In this document: in pieces, positions 21,764 through 30,075 of the stretch
Layout of the letters: every line of letters begins with the position of its first letter
How positions within the stretch are numbered: the first letter of the stretch is position 1
Source: Candidatus Hadarchaeales archaeon
GTDB lineage: Archaea > Hadarchaeota > Hadarchaeia > Hadarchaeales > Hadarchaeaceae
NCBI GenBank assembly: GCA_038823825.1
Contig: JAWBCC010000001.1
Coordinates: forward strand, 270,001-302,000
Direction of reading: 5' to 3'
DNA: 32,000 bases
Made by a program: the position numbers and the translations under genes
Notes under the pieces: generated by a model
The model's database searches: none
What the model was told of the DNA's origin: nothing
Seen by the model: only the letters and a program-made list of their open reading frames with translations

Positions 21764-22717
21764 TTAAATCGCTCCCAGTCCTATCACGTAAAGAAGGAAA
21801 AGACAAATCACGACTAGGGGTATTAAGTTCTGCATTTTTGATTCGAATTTTTCCGCGTCTTCTACTTTTCCAGACTCAACTAGTCTCATAGCTTGCACGG
21901 AGACCAGGAGATTGTAAAGGAAGAGAGAATATATTACCAGCATTATTCTGTCAAAAAGAGTGAGATAGCCAAGCGCTGGAAGACCACTCAGCGCGGCCAG
22001 ATGATATGCTACGGCCGACATAAGTGTTGTTACGCAGATACTCACTCTCTGACCAAAGTTTTTGACGGAAATTGAAAACGAAAGCAGGGAAATCAGGGTA
22101 ATGATGATTATTGGAAATATCGTTTTGAAAAGGGCGGAAATCTTAGAGCGAAAAACTGTGACACCGAAGGCGAACGTTGAGAAGTTTTCATCCGGATAAA
22201 CGTGCTCGCTTACTCGGCACCTAAAATCCTTTACTTCCCATCCGGGCACTTGTAGGTTTGGATCAAGTCCGCTTTCTTCCAAATCAGGTTCGAAAACCAA
22301 TTGTGAAATACCTTTTTGTTTGTCTTCGATTTCTACTTGCAAAAGATGCTCATCGAATGGAAAGTTTCTGAAATTTAGGGAGCCGATATATGTCCCTTTT
22401 ACTCTGTATTCGATGTAATTTTCATTTTCTCTTTCTTCTTTCGTCACTAGCTCTATCCTTGAAGGAGCGCCACGCAAGAACTCTATATTCGGTTCTACGT
22501 CTTTGTATTTGAACCATATGTAGAAATCTATCGTAAAAGTTTGGGATGGGACGTCCACTTTTTCTATCGCATTGATCCACACTCCGACTTTCACAACGGA
22601 CGGATTCGTTTGTGATGTGTCCTTATTGTCCGCTACTTGTCCATATACATTCATACTGTTGAGCACTACTAAGGATGTGGCCAGAATTATTGCAAGAGCG
22701 AGGTGTCTTTTCATCAC
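21764..22717 (-). CDS. Pentameric ligand-gated ion channel homolog (prokaryotic Cys-less Cys-loop receptor family)
   Basis: 317 aa; signal peptide; VKVGVWINAIEKVDVPSQTFTIDFYIWFKYKD start of extracellular domain; NFRNFPFDEHLLQVEIED pro-loop motif; four C-terminal TM segments (FPIIIITLISLLSFSI / RVSICVTTLMSAVAYHLAAL / GYLTLFDRIMLVIYSLFLYNLL / LIPLVVICLFLLYVIGL), with SGLPALGYLTLFD in the M2-M3 loop. Confidence 0.9.
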   Translation of the reverse strand: MMKRHLALAIILATSLVVLNSMNVYGQVADNKDTSQTNPSVVKVGVWINAIEKVDVPSQTFTIDFYIWFKYKDVEPNIEFLRGAPSRIELVTKEERENENYIEYRVKGTYIGSLNFRNFPFDEHLLQVEIEDKQKGISQLVFEPDLEESGLDPNLQVPGWEVKDFRCRVSEHVYPDENFSTFAFGVTVFRSKISALFKTIFPIIIITLISLLSFSISVKNFGQRVSICVTTLMSAVAYHLAALSGLPALGYLTLFDRIMLVIYSLFLYNLLVSVQAMRLVESGKVEDAEKFESKMQNLIPLVVICLFLLYVIGLGAI

Positions 22718-22807
22718 AGAATATAGACATAGTGGATTTTTATTGTTTGCTTTTTGTCATACAGTTAGCAACAGATTCTGGCATAAGAATGAATTCTCGT
22801 GTGGTAT

Positions 22808-22900
22808 TGGCGGGCCCGGTGGGATTTGAACCCACGACTACCCGGTTTCCCCCGTGGTGGTCCGAAGCCGGGCATCCTGTCCTGGCTGGATCACGGGCCC
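22808..22900 (-). tRNA. tRNA-Arg(TCG) with 15-nt intron at 37/38 and encoded 3' CCA
   Basis: Minus strand: GGGCCCG-TG-ATCC-AGCCAGGACA-GGAT-G-CCCGG-CTTCGG[ACCACCACGGGGGAA]A-CCGGG-TAGTC-GTGGG-TTCAAAT-CCCAC-CGGGCCC-G-CCA. All four arms pair; mature length 75 nt plus CCA. Confidence 0.9.
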
Positions 22901-22986
22901 CTAACTTAACTACTCCTTAAGGGTTGAAAATCTATTCCTATGGGGCGGGTGCGCACGCGTGAATTCTCATCTTTTCGGTTGTTTTG

Positions 22987-23004
22987 AGTACACAGCTGTG
23001 AACT
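22987..23004. repeat. 18-bp imperfect palindrome, copy 1 (AGTACACAGCTGTGAACT)
   Basis: Contains the perfect 10-bp palindrome CACAGCTGTG; near-identical copy at 23170-23187. Confidence 0.7.
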
Positions 23005-23169
23005 TCACACCACGTAAAGTCAAATAGGACAACTTCACAAAAAACTGAAAAATCTCTTCTCATTTACTCCGAGGAAAGCTGGGGAAAATTGGAGAAATTT
23101 GAAATCCCTGGGAAGAGCTTTAAGTGAAGAGATTTTCACTGATTCAAATTTGAGTTAAAAAAGGTCTGC

Positions 23170-23187
23170 AGTGCACAGCTGTGAACT
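23170..23187. repeat. 18-bp imperfect palindrome, copy 2 (AGTGCACAGCTGTGAACT)
   Basis: One mismatch to copy 1; 183 bp apart. Confidence 0.7.
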
Positions 23188-23204
23188 CTCACCATTCAAA
23201 CAAT

Positions 23205-23591
23205 TCAGTAAACGTAGGCTAGGAGCTTCCCGCCTAGGCCCAGATCTTTAGCCTCTTTATGCGTCATCAATCCTTTAGATGTTGTCATTATCAATATACC
23301 CATCTCCGCAGCCGGTAGAAATCTCTTTTCCCAACTTTCAAGTTCCTTATTTTTAACCGAATATCTTGGTTTTATTGGTCCACAGGCGTTTATTTTCCCA
23401 GACAGTAAAACTCTGGCTTTTGGCTTATCTTCTTTTAGGATTTCGAAATCTTTAATGTATCCTTCTCTTTTCATTATCTCAAGACTTTGGATTATCAGCT
23501 TCGACACTGGAGTGATCACGACTTCCTTCTTCCTAGCTCGCTCCGCATTCATAATTTTCGACAGAGCATTGGACAGAGGATCTAAAAGCAT
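23205..23591 (-). CDS. rps8: 30S ribosomal protein S8 (uS8)
   Basis: MLLDPLSNALSKIMNAERARKKEVVITPVSKLI ... GILIMTTSKGLMTHKEAKDLGLGGKLLAYVY. Confidence 0.96.
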   Translation of the reverse strand: MLLDPLSNALSKIMNAERARKKEVVITPVSKLIIQSLEIMKREGYIKDFEILKEDKPKARVLLSGKINACGPIKPRYSVKNKELESWEKRFLPAAEMGILIMTTSKGLMTHKEAKDLGLGGKLLAYVY

Positions 23592-23601
23592 CTATCCCAC
23601 C

Positions 23602-23754
23602 TCAGCTATATTTTCTGAAACCCATTTTTGGGGCCAGCTCCCGGAAACACTTTCTACAAAGAAGTAACCCATGACACTGGTAAACTTTCCTATATCTACC
23701 GCAAACTTTACACCGCCTTGCTCCTTTTCCGAATTTTCGCTCCTTTTTCTCCAC
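23602..23754 (-). CDS. rps14: 30S ribosomal protein S14 (uS14), 50 aa; absent from the supplied ORF track
   Basis: GTG start; (M)[49 protein letters not shown] with two CxxC zinc-binding pairs. Confidence 0.93.
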   Translation of the reverse strand: MEKKERKFGKGARRCKVCGRYRKVYQCHGLLLCRKCFRELAPKMGFRKYS

Positions 23755-23756
23755 GG

Positions 23757-24266
23757 TTAATCCACCACCTTTACATTAAATTTCTTGCTTATGAATTCTA
23801 TCGCCTCTTCCTTCGTTACTCTGTGGCTCTTTGGAATCGCTCTGGCTAGTCTCTTACGATCTCTTATCCGATATCCTGGTCTGCAAAGACTCACACAAAC
23901 GTCTAACCCAAAGATACCAACTTCCGGATTATATTTACATCCAGGTATGTCAATATGTTCTTTTATTCCAAAAGAAAAGTTTCCCTTATCATCAAATGAG
24001 GATGCTTTTATCCTTCTGTCCACAGCATAGAGAAGCCTGTCGAGAACTTCTTCCGCAATCTTTCCTCTGAGCGTCACCTTACATCCGATGGGAGCTCCTC
24101 TCTTGATATTCCACTCCCTCACAGTCTTTTTAGCCAGAGTTCTGATGGGATTTCTTCCCGTTATTTCCTTTAGAATTCTCTCAGCGTTTGCCAGTCTATC
24201 ACCCCCCTCACCAACTCCGATATTGAGAACAACCTTCTCTATTCTGACTTCTCTCATAGAATTCAT
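23757..24266 (-). CDS. rpl5: 50S ribosomal protein L5 (uL5)
   Basis: [65 protein letters not shown]. Confidence 0.96.
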   Translation of the reverse strand: MNSMREVRIEKVVLNIGVGEGGDRLANAERILKEITGRNPIRTLAKKTVREWNIKRGAPIGCKVTLRGKIAEEVLDRLLYAVDRRIKASSFDDKGNFSFGIKEHIDIPGCKYNPEVGIFGLDVCVSLCRPGYRIRDRKRLARAIPKSHRVTKEEAIEFISKKFNVKVVD

Positions 24267-24979
24267 GCTGCAACACCCACGTCTACAAGGGGTTTCTCAT
24301 CACCGAGCACAAACACATAGTTTACGGATGTTTCTATTTTTTCTCCGTTAGTCGAAAGTCTAACAGTTTTGGTTTCTTTTTTTATCTCCTCTATTCTTCC
24401 GATTTTACCCGTATGTTGTCCATCCGTCACAACCGCAAGTTTGTTTTCAGAGAGTGGAATGTGCTTTAGGAGCTCTCCATCCGGAACCGAAAGCTCAATG
24501 ACATCCCCGATCCCAATATCTTTCAAATCTCCAACAATATTTCTTCCATCATGCATAGTGAGTTGAATTTTTCCTCCACGAACGCACTGTTTTTTTACAA
24601 CTTTGCAAAGCTTCTTACCGGCTTCTTCTTTGTTGGTTTCCAATAGCTTCAGCCTTCCAAGTTCATCGATAAAAACACGATATGTTTTGTTTATGTCAGG
24701 AATCTCCAAAATATCCATAAATCCAACCGGAAATCTTGGATCTCTTCTTACCACACCATCCACAATCACTTTGCCAGAGAATATGATTCTGTCGGCTTCT
24801 TTCGCTGTTCCCGCTAATTTCAGGTAATCTCGAACTATTATTCGAAGAGGAATAGACTTATCCACAGGATGTGGACCGGGTATCGGTTTCGTCAACCATT
24901 TGCTTGATTTAACGGGCAACCTCATTACCGGTGGCATTGAATAGCGTTTGATCTGTTTTCTTCCACCCATCTTTGCCAT
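24263..24979 (-). CDS. rps4e: 30S ribosomal protein S4e
   Basis: GGRKQIKRYSMPPVMRLPVKSSKWLTKPIPGPHPVDKSIPLRIIVRDYLKLAGTAKEA. Confidence 0.95.
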   Translation of the reverse strand: MAKMGGRKQIKRYSMPPVMRLPVKSSKWLTKPIPGPHPVDKSIPLRIIVRDYLKLAGTAKEADRIIFSGKVIVDGVVRRDPRFPVGFMDILEIPDINKTYRVFIDELGRLKLLETNKEEAGKKLCKVVKKQCVRGGKIQLTMHDGRNIVGDLKDIGIGDVIELSVPDGELLKHIPLSENKLAVVTDGQHTGKIGRIEEIKKETKTVRLSTNGEKIETSVNYVFVLGDEKPLVDVGVAA

Positions 24980-24983
24980 TCTC

Positions 24984-25331
24984 TCACCTCTTCAGGATTT
25001 TCTCCCTCCATTTATCCTGCGCAAGCTCTATAATCATCACGTTGGAAGGATGCACGGGTCTAGGAACCGCAGTCCCGTCAGCTTTTGTGACGGTTACCCC
25101 CTCTACGTATATTCTACCTTTTTTCCGATCTACCCTTGTGACATTACCCTCATGATTTTTGAAATCTCCACGCAGAATTCTAACTTTGTCACCCTTTCTT
25201 ACGGGAAGACTCCTCTTTCCAAACTTTTCAGCAAGTTCTCTAGCCAAATGTGCGCTTACAAATTTTTTTCTCGCGTGAACCGGCGCAGAATGGATTCTCT
25301 TTCTTTGTTTTCTCGGCTTCTTGCTAACCAT
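24984..25331 (-). CDS. rpl24: 50S ribosomal protein L24 (uL24)
   Basis: KPRKQRKRIHSAPVHARKKFVSAHLA...LPVRKGDKVRILRGDFKNHEGNVTRVD. Confidence 0.95.
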   Translation of the reverse strand: MVSKKPRKQRKRIHSAPVHARKKFVSAHLARELAEKFGKRSLPVRKGDKVRILRGDFKNHEGNVTRVDRKKGRIYVEGVTVTKADGTAVPRPVHPSNVMIIELAQDKWREKILKR

Positions 25332-25334
25332 ACT

Positions 25335-25760
25335 TCACATCACCATTGAGGCAATCCCAGCAACCTTGGGCCATCTTTCGGCTGCTTCTTTGGCCATCGG
25401 TCCTTTTATCTCAGAACCTTTAGGCGATCCGTCGGGATTTATTATGACTGCAGCATTATCTTCAAATTTTATTCTAATTCCATCGGTTCGGCGATACTCT
25501 TTCCTCTGTCGTATTATAACTGCCTGAGCAAGCTGCTTTTTGAGTTCCGGAGTTCCCTTCTTTATTGACACAATAACAGAGTCGCCAACTCCAGCTTTTG
25601 GCATTCTCTTCCTAGTCCCATGATAACCGATCACGCTGATTATCTGAAGTTCCTTAGCTCCGGTGTTATCTGCGCACACCAATCTCGCTCCTACGGGCAA
25701 TACCTTCGTTGGTTTCACTGGAGACACTCCAAACGCTTCACCAGCCCCTTTCTTTCCCAT
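25335..25760 (-). CDS. rpl14: 50S ribosomal protein L14 (uL14)
   Basis: [47 protein letters not shown]; [14 protein letters not shown]. Confidence 0.96.
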   Translation of the reverse strand: MGKKGAGEAFGVSPVKPTKVLPVGARLVCADNTGAKELQIISVIGYHGTRKRMPKAGVGDSVIVSIKKGTPELKKQLAQAVIIRQRKEYRRTDGIRIKFEDNAAVIINPDGSPKGSEIKGPMAKEAAERWPKVAGIASMVM

Positions 25761-26062
25761 TATCCGCCACCTCCCAGCTTCTCAACGACGACGAAAGACT
25801 TAGTTTTACTCAGCCGTCTGCATTCCATTATTCTAACTCTATCGCCAATTTTCGCATTTATACACGGCGGGTTGTGCGCATGTATTTTTGATGTCCTCCT
25901 CTCATATCGCTCATATTTTGGAACATAATGTAATCTTTCGATTTGCACAGTGACGGTTTTCATCATTCTGTCGCTAACGACGATGCCCTCAAGTACCCTG
26001 CCCCTCACTGAAAGTTGCCCATGCAGCGGACACTTTGGATCGTTGCATTTTTGTTCAGCCAT
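25760..26062 (-). CDS. rps17: 30S ribosomal protein S17 (uS17)
   Basis: [51 protein letters not shown]. Confidence 0.95.
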   Translation of the reverse strand: MAEQKCNDPKCPLHGQLSVRGRVLEGIVVSDRMMKTVTVQIERLHYVPKYERYERRTSKIHAHNPPCINAKIGDRVRIMECRRLSKTKSFVVVEKLGGGG

Positions 26063-26064
26063 GT

Positions 26065-26337
26065 TTATCTCGCCTTCTTTATTCTATCTTCTGGTCTTCC
26101 TACGATTCTCCTTCCTTCTAATTTAATTTCCTTTCCGTCGGGAAGGGTTAAAAAGAAAACGGATGTCTCCTTTGGTATTTTTTTAGGCCCGTTCTTCGTC
26201 TCTAAAACAATCATTTTTTTGCTTTCATCGATAATCTTGCCTTCCAATCCAATCAGCGACCGACATGAGCTCGTCAGAATTTTTACCTTTAGACCAATGA
26301 GTTCGTGTTTTGCAATATCTTTTTCGGATATCTTCAT
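26065..26337 (-). CDS. rnp1: Ribonuclease P protein component 1 (Rpp29/Pop4)
   Basis: [40 protein letters not shown]; conserved position in the archaeal cluster. Confidence 0.88.
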   Translation of the reverse strand: MKISEKDIAKHELIGLKVKILTSSCRSLIGLEGKIIDESKKMIVLETKNGPKKIPKETSVFFLTLPDGKEIKLEGRRIVGRPEDRIKKAR

Positions 26338-26344
26338 TTCAAGA

Positions 26345-26647
26345 TCACTTCAAATCAATCATTTCAGACGAAAAACCAAGTTCCACAAGGATTTCCTTCA
26401 CTTTCTCCCTGTGATCTCCCTGCAATTCTACGTGGTTGTTCTTAACCGTTCCTCCACAAGCCAATCTAGACTTTAAAGTCTTTGCAATATCCTTCATGGA
26501 TTCTTGACTTACTCCTTCAACAATCGTAACGACTTTACCAAACTTTCTTTTGACAGAATATACCTGAATTCTCTGTTGCTCGCGAGAAATTTCCCGACAA
26601 ACACAGAGATCCTTCGGAAGACCACAGATCTTGCAGATCTCAGGCAG
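26345..26647 (-). CDS. Translation initiation factor aIF1 (SUI1 family) with apparent CTG start; absent from the supplied ORF track
   Basis: (CTG)[100 protein letters not shown]. Upstream in-frame TGA with no ATG/GTG/TTG in between; G-rich SD-like gggaggggg upstream. Confidence 0.9.
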   Translation of the reverse strand: MPEICKICGLPKDLCVCREISREQQRIQVYSVKRKFGKVVTIVEGVSQESMKDIAKTLKSRLACGGTVKNNHVELQGDHREKVKEILVELGFSSEMIDLK

Positions 26648-26852
26648 TTTTGATCCCCCTCCCTTGTCGCTTCTCCCTTGCGATTGTCAATATTCTTGCA
26701 ATATCGCGCTTTATCTGTCTGATTTTCATAGGATTCTCAAGAGTACCACCAGCCTTGACAACTGCCCTGGCTCTTGCAAGTTCAGCTCTAAGCTCTCTAA
26801 GTTTCTCCTTCATTTCCTCCTCGCTCATCGCTCTTATTTCCTTCGCTTTCAG
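26640..26852 (-). CDS. rpl29: 50S ribosomal protein L29 (uL29); start either CTG 26852 or TTG 26873
   Basis: [81 protein letters not shown] lies just upstream of CTG 26852. Confidence 0.85.
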   Translation of the reverse strand: MKAKEIRAMSEEEMKEKLRELRAELARARAVVKAGGTLENPMKIRQIKRDIARILTIAREKRQGRGIKTA

Positions 26853-27471
26853 AGACGTCCACCTCCTCCACAACTTTAGGTCCTTCTATCCAAATTTTGT
26901 CCAGAATTGGAGCATCTGGTGGAAGTATCCATACCTTCACTCCTATTGTTCCGGGCTTAGTTAAAGCTTGTGCATAACCATAACTTACATATTTCTGAGC
27001 TAGATCTCCAGTCTTAACGAGATATCCTTGATAAAACCTGACTCGTTTCTTTCTTTCTCCGGCGATCTTCCCAGCAATCACGATCTCGGCCCCCTTGGCT
27101 CCTGCCTCCATTATCCTTCGCAACATCATCTGTCCGACTCTTCTAACGTTTATGCCTCGCTCAATAGCGAAGGCTATTCTTTTGGCCATTATGGGGGCGC
27201 AAAGCTCTGGATTTTTTATCTCAAGGACTTCTATCTGAGGTCTCTCAATTTTGAATCTTTTTTCCAATTCCTCTTCCAGTTGATGTATTTTTCCTCCTTT
27301 TTTTCCGATCACCATTCCCGGTCTTTCAACATAAAGAGCAACTCTCGTCCCAGTTGGAAGCCTTCTGATATCTACGCCAGCATATCCTGCTCTTCCGAGT
27401 GTTTTCTCCAAGAACGTCTCAAGCTCGACTTTTTTGATTCCCATTTCAACGAATTTATCTTTTACGGCCAT
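26797..27471 (-). CDS. rps3: 30S ribosomal protein S3 (uS3)
   Basis: [65 protein letters not shown]. Confidence 0.96.
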   Translation of the reverse strand: MAVKDKFVEMGIKKVELETFLEKTLGRAGYAGVDIRRLPTGTRVALYVERPGMVIGKKGGKIHQLEEELEKRFKIERPQIEVLEIKNPELCAPIMAKRIAFAIERGINVRRVGQMMLRRIMEAGAKGAEIVIAGKIAGERKKRVRFYQGYLVKTGDLAQKYVSYGYAQALTKPGTIGVKVWILPPDAPILDKIWIEGPKVVEEVDVSESEGNKSDERGGNEGET

Positions 27472-27930
27472 TCAGCTCTCCTCCTTCAAGATTATTTCTA
27501 CGTTGGTTAACGGTCTATTCGCTGGCGTAGCTCTTCCAAATGCTCTTGGCATTATTCCAGGAATGACAATCCCTTTATATGCGCTGGCATGCGCGATCAC
27601 GAGCTTTTCCTCGTCCATCCCCTTGTATTTAGCGTTTTCTTCCGCATTCTTCAAGATTTTCAGAATTTCGGTAGCAGCTTTAACCGGATATGCTCCCGGA
27701 CCGATTCCGGTCTTGTGAGCTAACTTCTTTTTATGTGTACGATATGGAACAGGTCTTTTCTTTTTCTTTACCTCTTCCAGAAATTTTTTGGCTTCGCTTA
27801 GTTTCATCCCACGGATTGCCCGACATATTTCGACAGCGTCCTTTGGAGAAATTCTCAATTCTCTACCATAAGCCTTTGCACAAGGTTCGGGTATCTCTCT
27901 AGAATAGCCAAACTTTGGCATCGCAATCAC
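27472..27930 (-). CDS. rpl22: 50S ribosomal protein L22 (uL22)
   Basis: [37 protein letters not shown]...[36 protein letters not shown]. Confidence 0.95.
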   Translation of the reverse strand: MIAMPKFGYSREIPEPCAKAYGRELRISPKDAVEICRAIRGMKLSEAKKFLEEVKKKKRPVPYRTHKKKLAHKTGIGPGAYPVKAATEILKILKNAEENAKYKGMDEEKLVIAHASAYKGIVIPGIMPRAFGRATPANRPLTNVEIILKEES

Positions 27931-28319
27931 TTCAGTGGTATGAACATCGAGCTTCTAGTGGCTCCTATACCAGGTGCCCCATGTACAACTCTTTTTCTTG
28001 TCTGAACAAACTCGCCCAATCTGTGGCCAATCATCTCAGGAACTATTTCAATTGTCACAAACTCCTTCCCGTTGTGAACTGCAAACTTCATACCAACCAT
28101 TTCTGGAAGTATTATCATGTCTCTCAAGTGTGTGCGTATTGGCTTCTGAATATTGTTTTCTTTCCATTTTCTGATCTTTTCAAGAAGTTTTTTGTGTCTT
28201 GGTGAAAACCCCCTCATGATTGTTCTTCTCTGTCTAGCTGGAAGTAATTTGGCGAACTCGATTAAAGACATTTTCTGAAGCTGGTCAAGGGTATATCCTC
28301 TATAAGTGTACTTCTTCAT
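27927..28319 (-). CDS. rps19: 30S ribosomal protein S19 (uS19)
   Basis: [11 protein letters not shown]-type N-terminus; [29 protein letters not shown]. Confidence 0.95.
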   Translation of the reverse strand: MKKYTYRGYTLDQLQKMSLIEFAKLLPARQRRTIMRGFSPRHKKLLEKIRKWKENNIQKPIRTHLRDMIILPEMVGMKFAVHNGKEFVTIEIVPEMIGHRLGEFVQTRKRVVHGAPGIGATRSSMFIPLK

Positions 28320-28324
28320 CTACA

Positions 28325-29032
28325 TCACCTCTTACCAGTTCTCCTAGCAGCAATCAGTCCAACCTTCTGTCCCGGCGGCGCACCTCTTCTGATGGTTTTT
28401 GGTCTACCCGCATGTCTCCCTCTACCGCCCCCAAAAGGATGATCGACCACGTTCATCGCCACTCCTTTGACTCTTGGATACGGCTTGCCCTTTGCCAACA
28501 TCAGATGATATTTCTTTCCAGCCTTTAGAAAAGGTTTTTCGTCTCTTCCTCCTCCAGCTACTACACCTATAGTTGCTCTACATCTTGGATCCAGCTCCTT
28601 GAGTTCTCCAGAAGGTAGCTGCACTATTGCTTTTCCTACATCATGCGAAACCAAGATCGCGTATGTGCCTCCCGCTCTCGCCAGTTTTCCACCATCGCCC
28701 GGCTTAAGCTCCACATTATGGATGAGGGTTCCCTCCGGAATTTCCGCGAGTGGCAAAGTGTTTCCAGGTTTTATGGGTGCCGAAGGCGAAGCCATTATTT
28801 TGTCTCCTACCTTTATACCCTCAGGAGCGAGAACGAGTCTCTCCTGTCCATCTTTATATCTTATCCTTGCAACTGGAGCGCTCCTTCCCGGATCATGAAT
28901 GATGTCGACTACCACAGCCTCTCCATCTCTAAGTGGCGGAAGTTTTATCTCTCCAACTCTCCGCCAAGATTTCGCCCGATAAGTTGGGGATCCCTTTCCT
29001 ATTCGCTGAGCTCTGATTATCTTTCCCATCAT
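28325..29032 (-). CDS. rpl2: 50S ribosomal protein L2 (uL2)
   Basis: GKIIRAQRIGKGSPTYRAKSWRR...VAMNVVDHPFGGGRGRHAGRPKTIRRGAPPGQKVGLIAARRTGKR. Confidence 0.97.
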   Translation of the reverse strand: MMGKIIRAQRIGKGSPTYRAKSWRRVGEIKLPPLRDGEAVVVDIIHDPGRSAPVARIRYKDGQERLVLAPEGIKVGDKIMASPSAPIKPGNTLPLAEIPEGTLIHNVELKPGDGGKLARAGGTYAILVSHDVGKAIVQLPSGELKELDPRCRATIGVVAGGGRDEKPFLKAGKKYHLMLAKGKPYPRVKGVAMNVVDHPFGGGRGRHAGRPKTIRRGAPPGQKVGLIAARRTGKR

Positions 29033-29292
29033 ATCACCTCCAGTTTGGTGGCCAGATCCATTGCGGAATACTCCGGTGCTAGTTTGACATATGCAAGTTT
29101 CTCGCCTTTCGGACTCCGCAGGATATTGACTTTAACGACTTTCACCTGATAAAGCGCCTCGACCGCTCTTTTAACGTCTATTTTGTTCGCGTCGTCTGCT
29201 ACCACAAAGACGAGTTTATTTTCAGATTCTATCATTCTTACCGCTTTTTCGCTCATTTTAGGATACCTTATGACTTTTTGTGGATCCTTCAT
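29029..29292 (-). CDS. rpl23: 50S ribosomal protein L23 (uL23)
   Basis: MKDPQKVIRYPKMSEKAVRMIESENKLVFVVADDANKIDVKRAVEALYQVKV. Start taken at the internal ATG 29292, not the track's 29334. Confidence 0.93.
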   Translation of the reverse strand: MKDPQKVIRYPKMSEKAVRMIESENKLVFVVADDANKIDVKRAVEALYQVKVVKVNILRSPKGEKLAYVKLAPEYSAMDLATKLEVI

Positions 29293-30068
29293 GCGAACAT
29301 GCCTCCAAGTTTTTCTATCGCTTTTTCTGTCCATATTGTTAGTCTCCCCGGTATCCCTCCAGGAGCCAAAAGCTCCGCATTTAGACCTTCAACTGTAGTG
29401 ACATTAACCCCGGGGATATTACGTGCCCCTTTTGTTATTCCTCTGTCTTCTCCCACCACAATAAGTGGTCCGGTAGGCACTCGATATTTTCTACCCCTCA
29501 TTTTTCCTCGTCCGCTTCTTATTTTTGTGTTTCTCATAACCCTTTCTACATCTTTCCAAACACCAATATTTTTAAGAAACTTTTCTACTTCTTTGGCAGA
29601 CTTTAATTCTTCTATCTCTGCAGACACCACCAGCGGAAATTCGGGTATTCCGTCGACAACGTGTCCTCTCTTCATAACAAGCTTTCGGTCTTTTGTTGCA
29701 GCGATCGCAGACATTACAGCTAACTTTTTTTCCTTTTTGTTTATTTTCTCTACCAGCTTTTTCTCCGGTTTCGGTGGATGGGCTCTTCTGCCCCCCACAG
29801 CATGCGGAACAAATCCAGCTCTTCCGGCAGCGGGATATCTGGTTCCTTTTACTCTTGGAACTCTTGAAACACCATAACCCTTACCCCAAGGTTCGGCTGT
29901 GGTTCTTTTACCAGCCATCTCATCCGGGCCGTATGGTTGCCGACGAGCGCTCTGGATCGCGTGAACGGCGCGTCTTATGACGTCTGTACGGATATCTGTT
30001 TCAAAAACTTTTGGCAAGGTTATCTTTTTTGCGACCTTTCCATCAAGCGAATAAACATTTACTTCCAT
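29289..30068 (-). CDS. rpl4: 50S ribosomal protein L4 (uL4)
   Basis: MEVNVYSLDGKVAKKITLPKVFETDIRTDVIRRAVHAIQSARRQPYGPDEMAGKRT. Confidence 0.96.
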   Translation of the reverse strand: MEVNVYSLDGKVAKKITLPKVFETDIRTDVIRRAVHAIQSARRQPYGPDEMAGKRTTAEPWGKGYGVSRVPRVKGTRYPAAGRAGFVPHAVGGRRAHPPKPEKKLVEKINKKEKKLAVMSAIAATKDRKLVMKRGHVVDGIPEFPLVVSAEIEELKSAKEVEKFLKNIGVWKDVERVMRNTKIRSGRGKMRGRKYRVPTGPLIVVGEDRGITKGARNIPGVNVTTVEGLNAELLAPGGIPGRLTIWTEKAIEKLGGMFA

Positions 30069-30075
30069 ACATTAC

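Noticed and set aside
26640-26660. Frameshift or pseudogene interpretation of the aIF1 gene
   Set aside because: The frame is intact for 100 codons with all conserved segments present; only the start codon is unusual. A base-level sequencing error is not excluded.
29293-29334. Upstream extension of L23 (MDRKSDRKTWRHVR)
   Set aside because: Overlaps the end of rpl4 and is not typical of L23; ATG 29292 gives a standard N-terminus.
29278-29877. 199-aa plus-strand ORF
   Set aside because: Antisense to rpl4; its proline/serine/phenylalanine-rich composition is expected from the reverse frame of a basic ribosomal gene.
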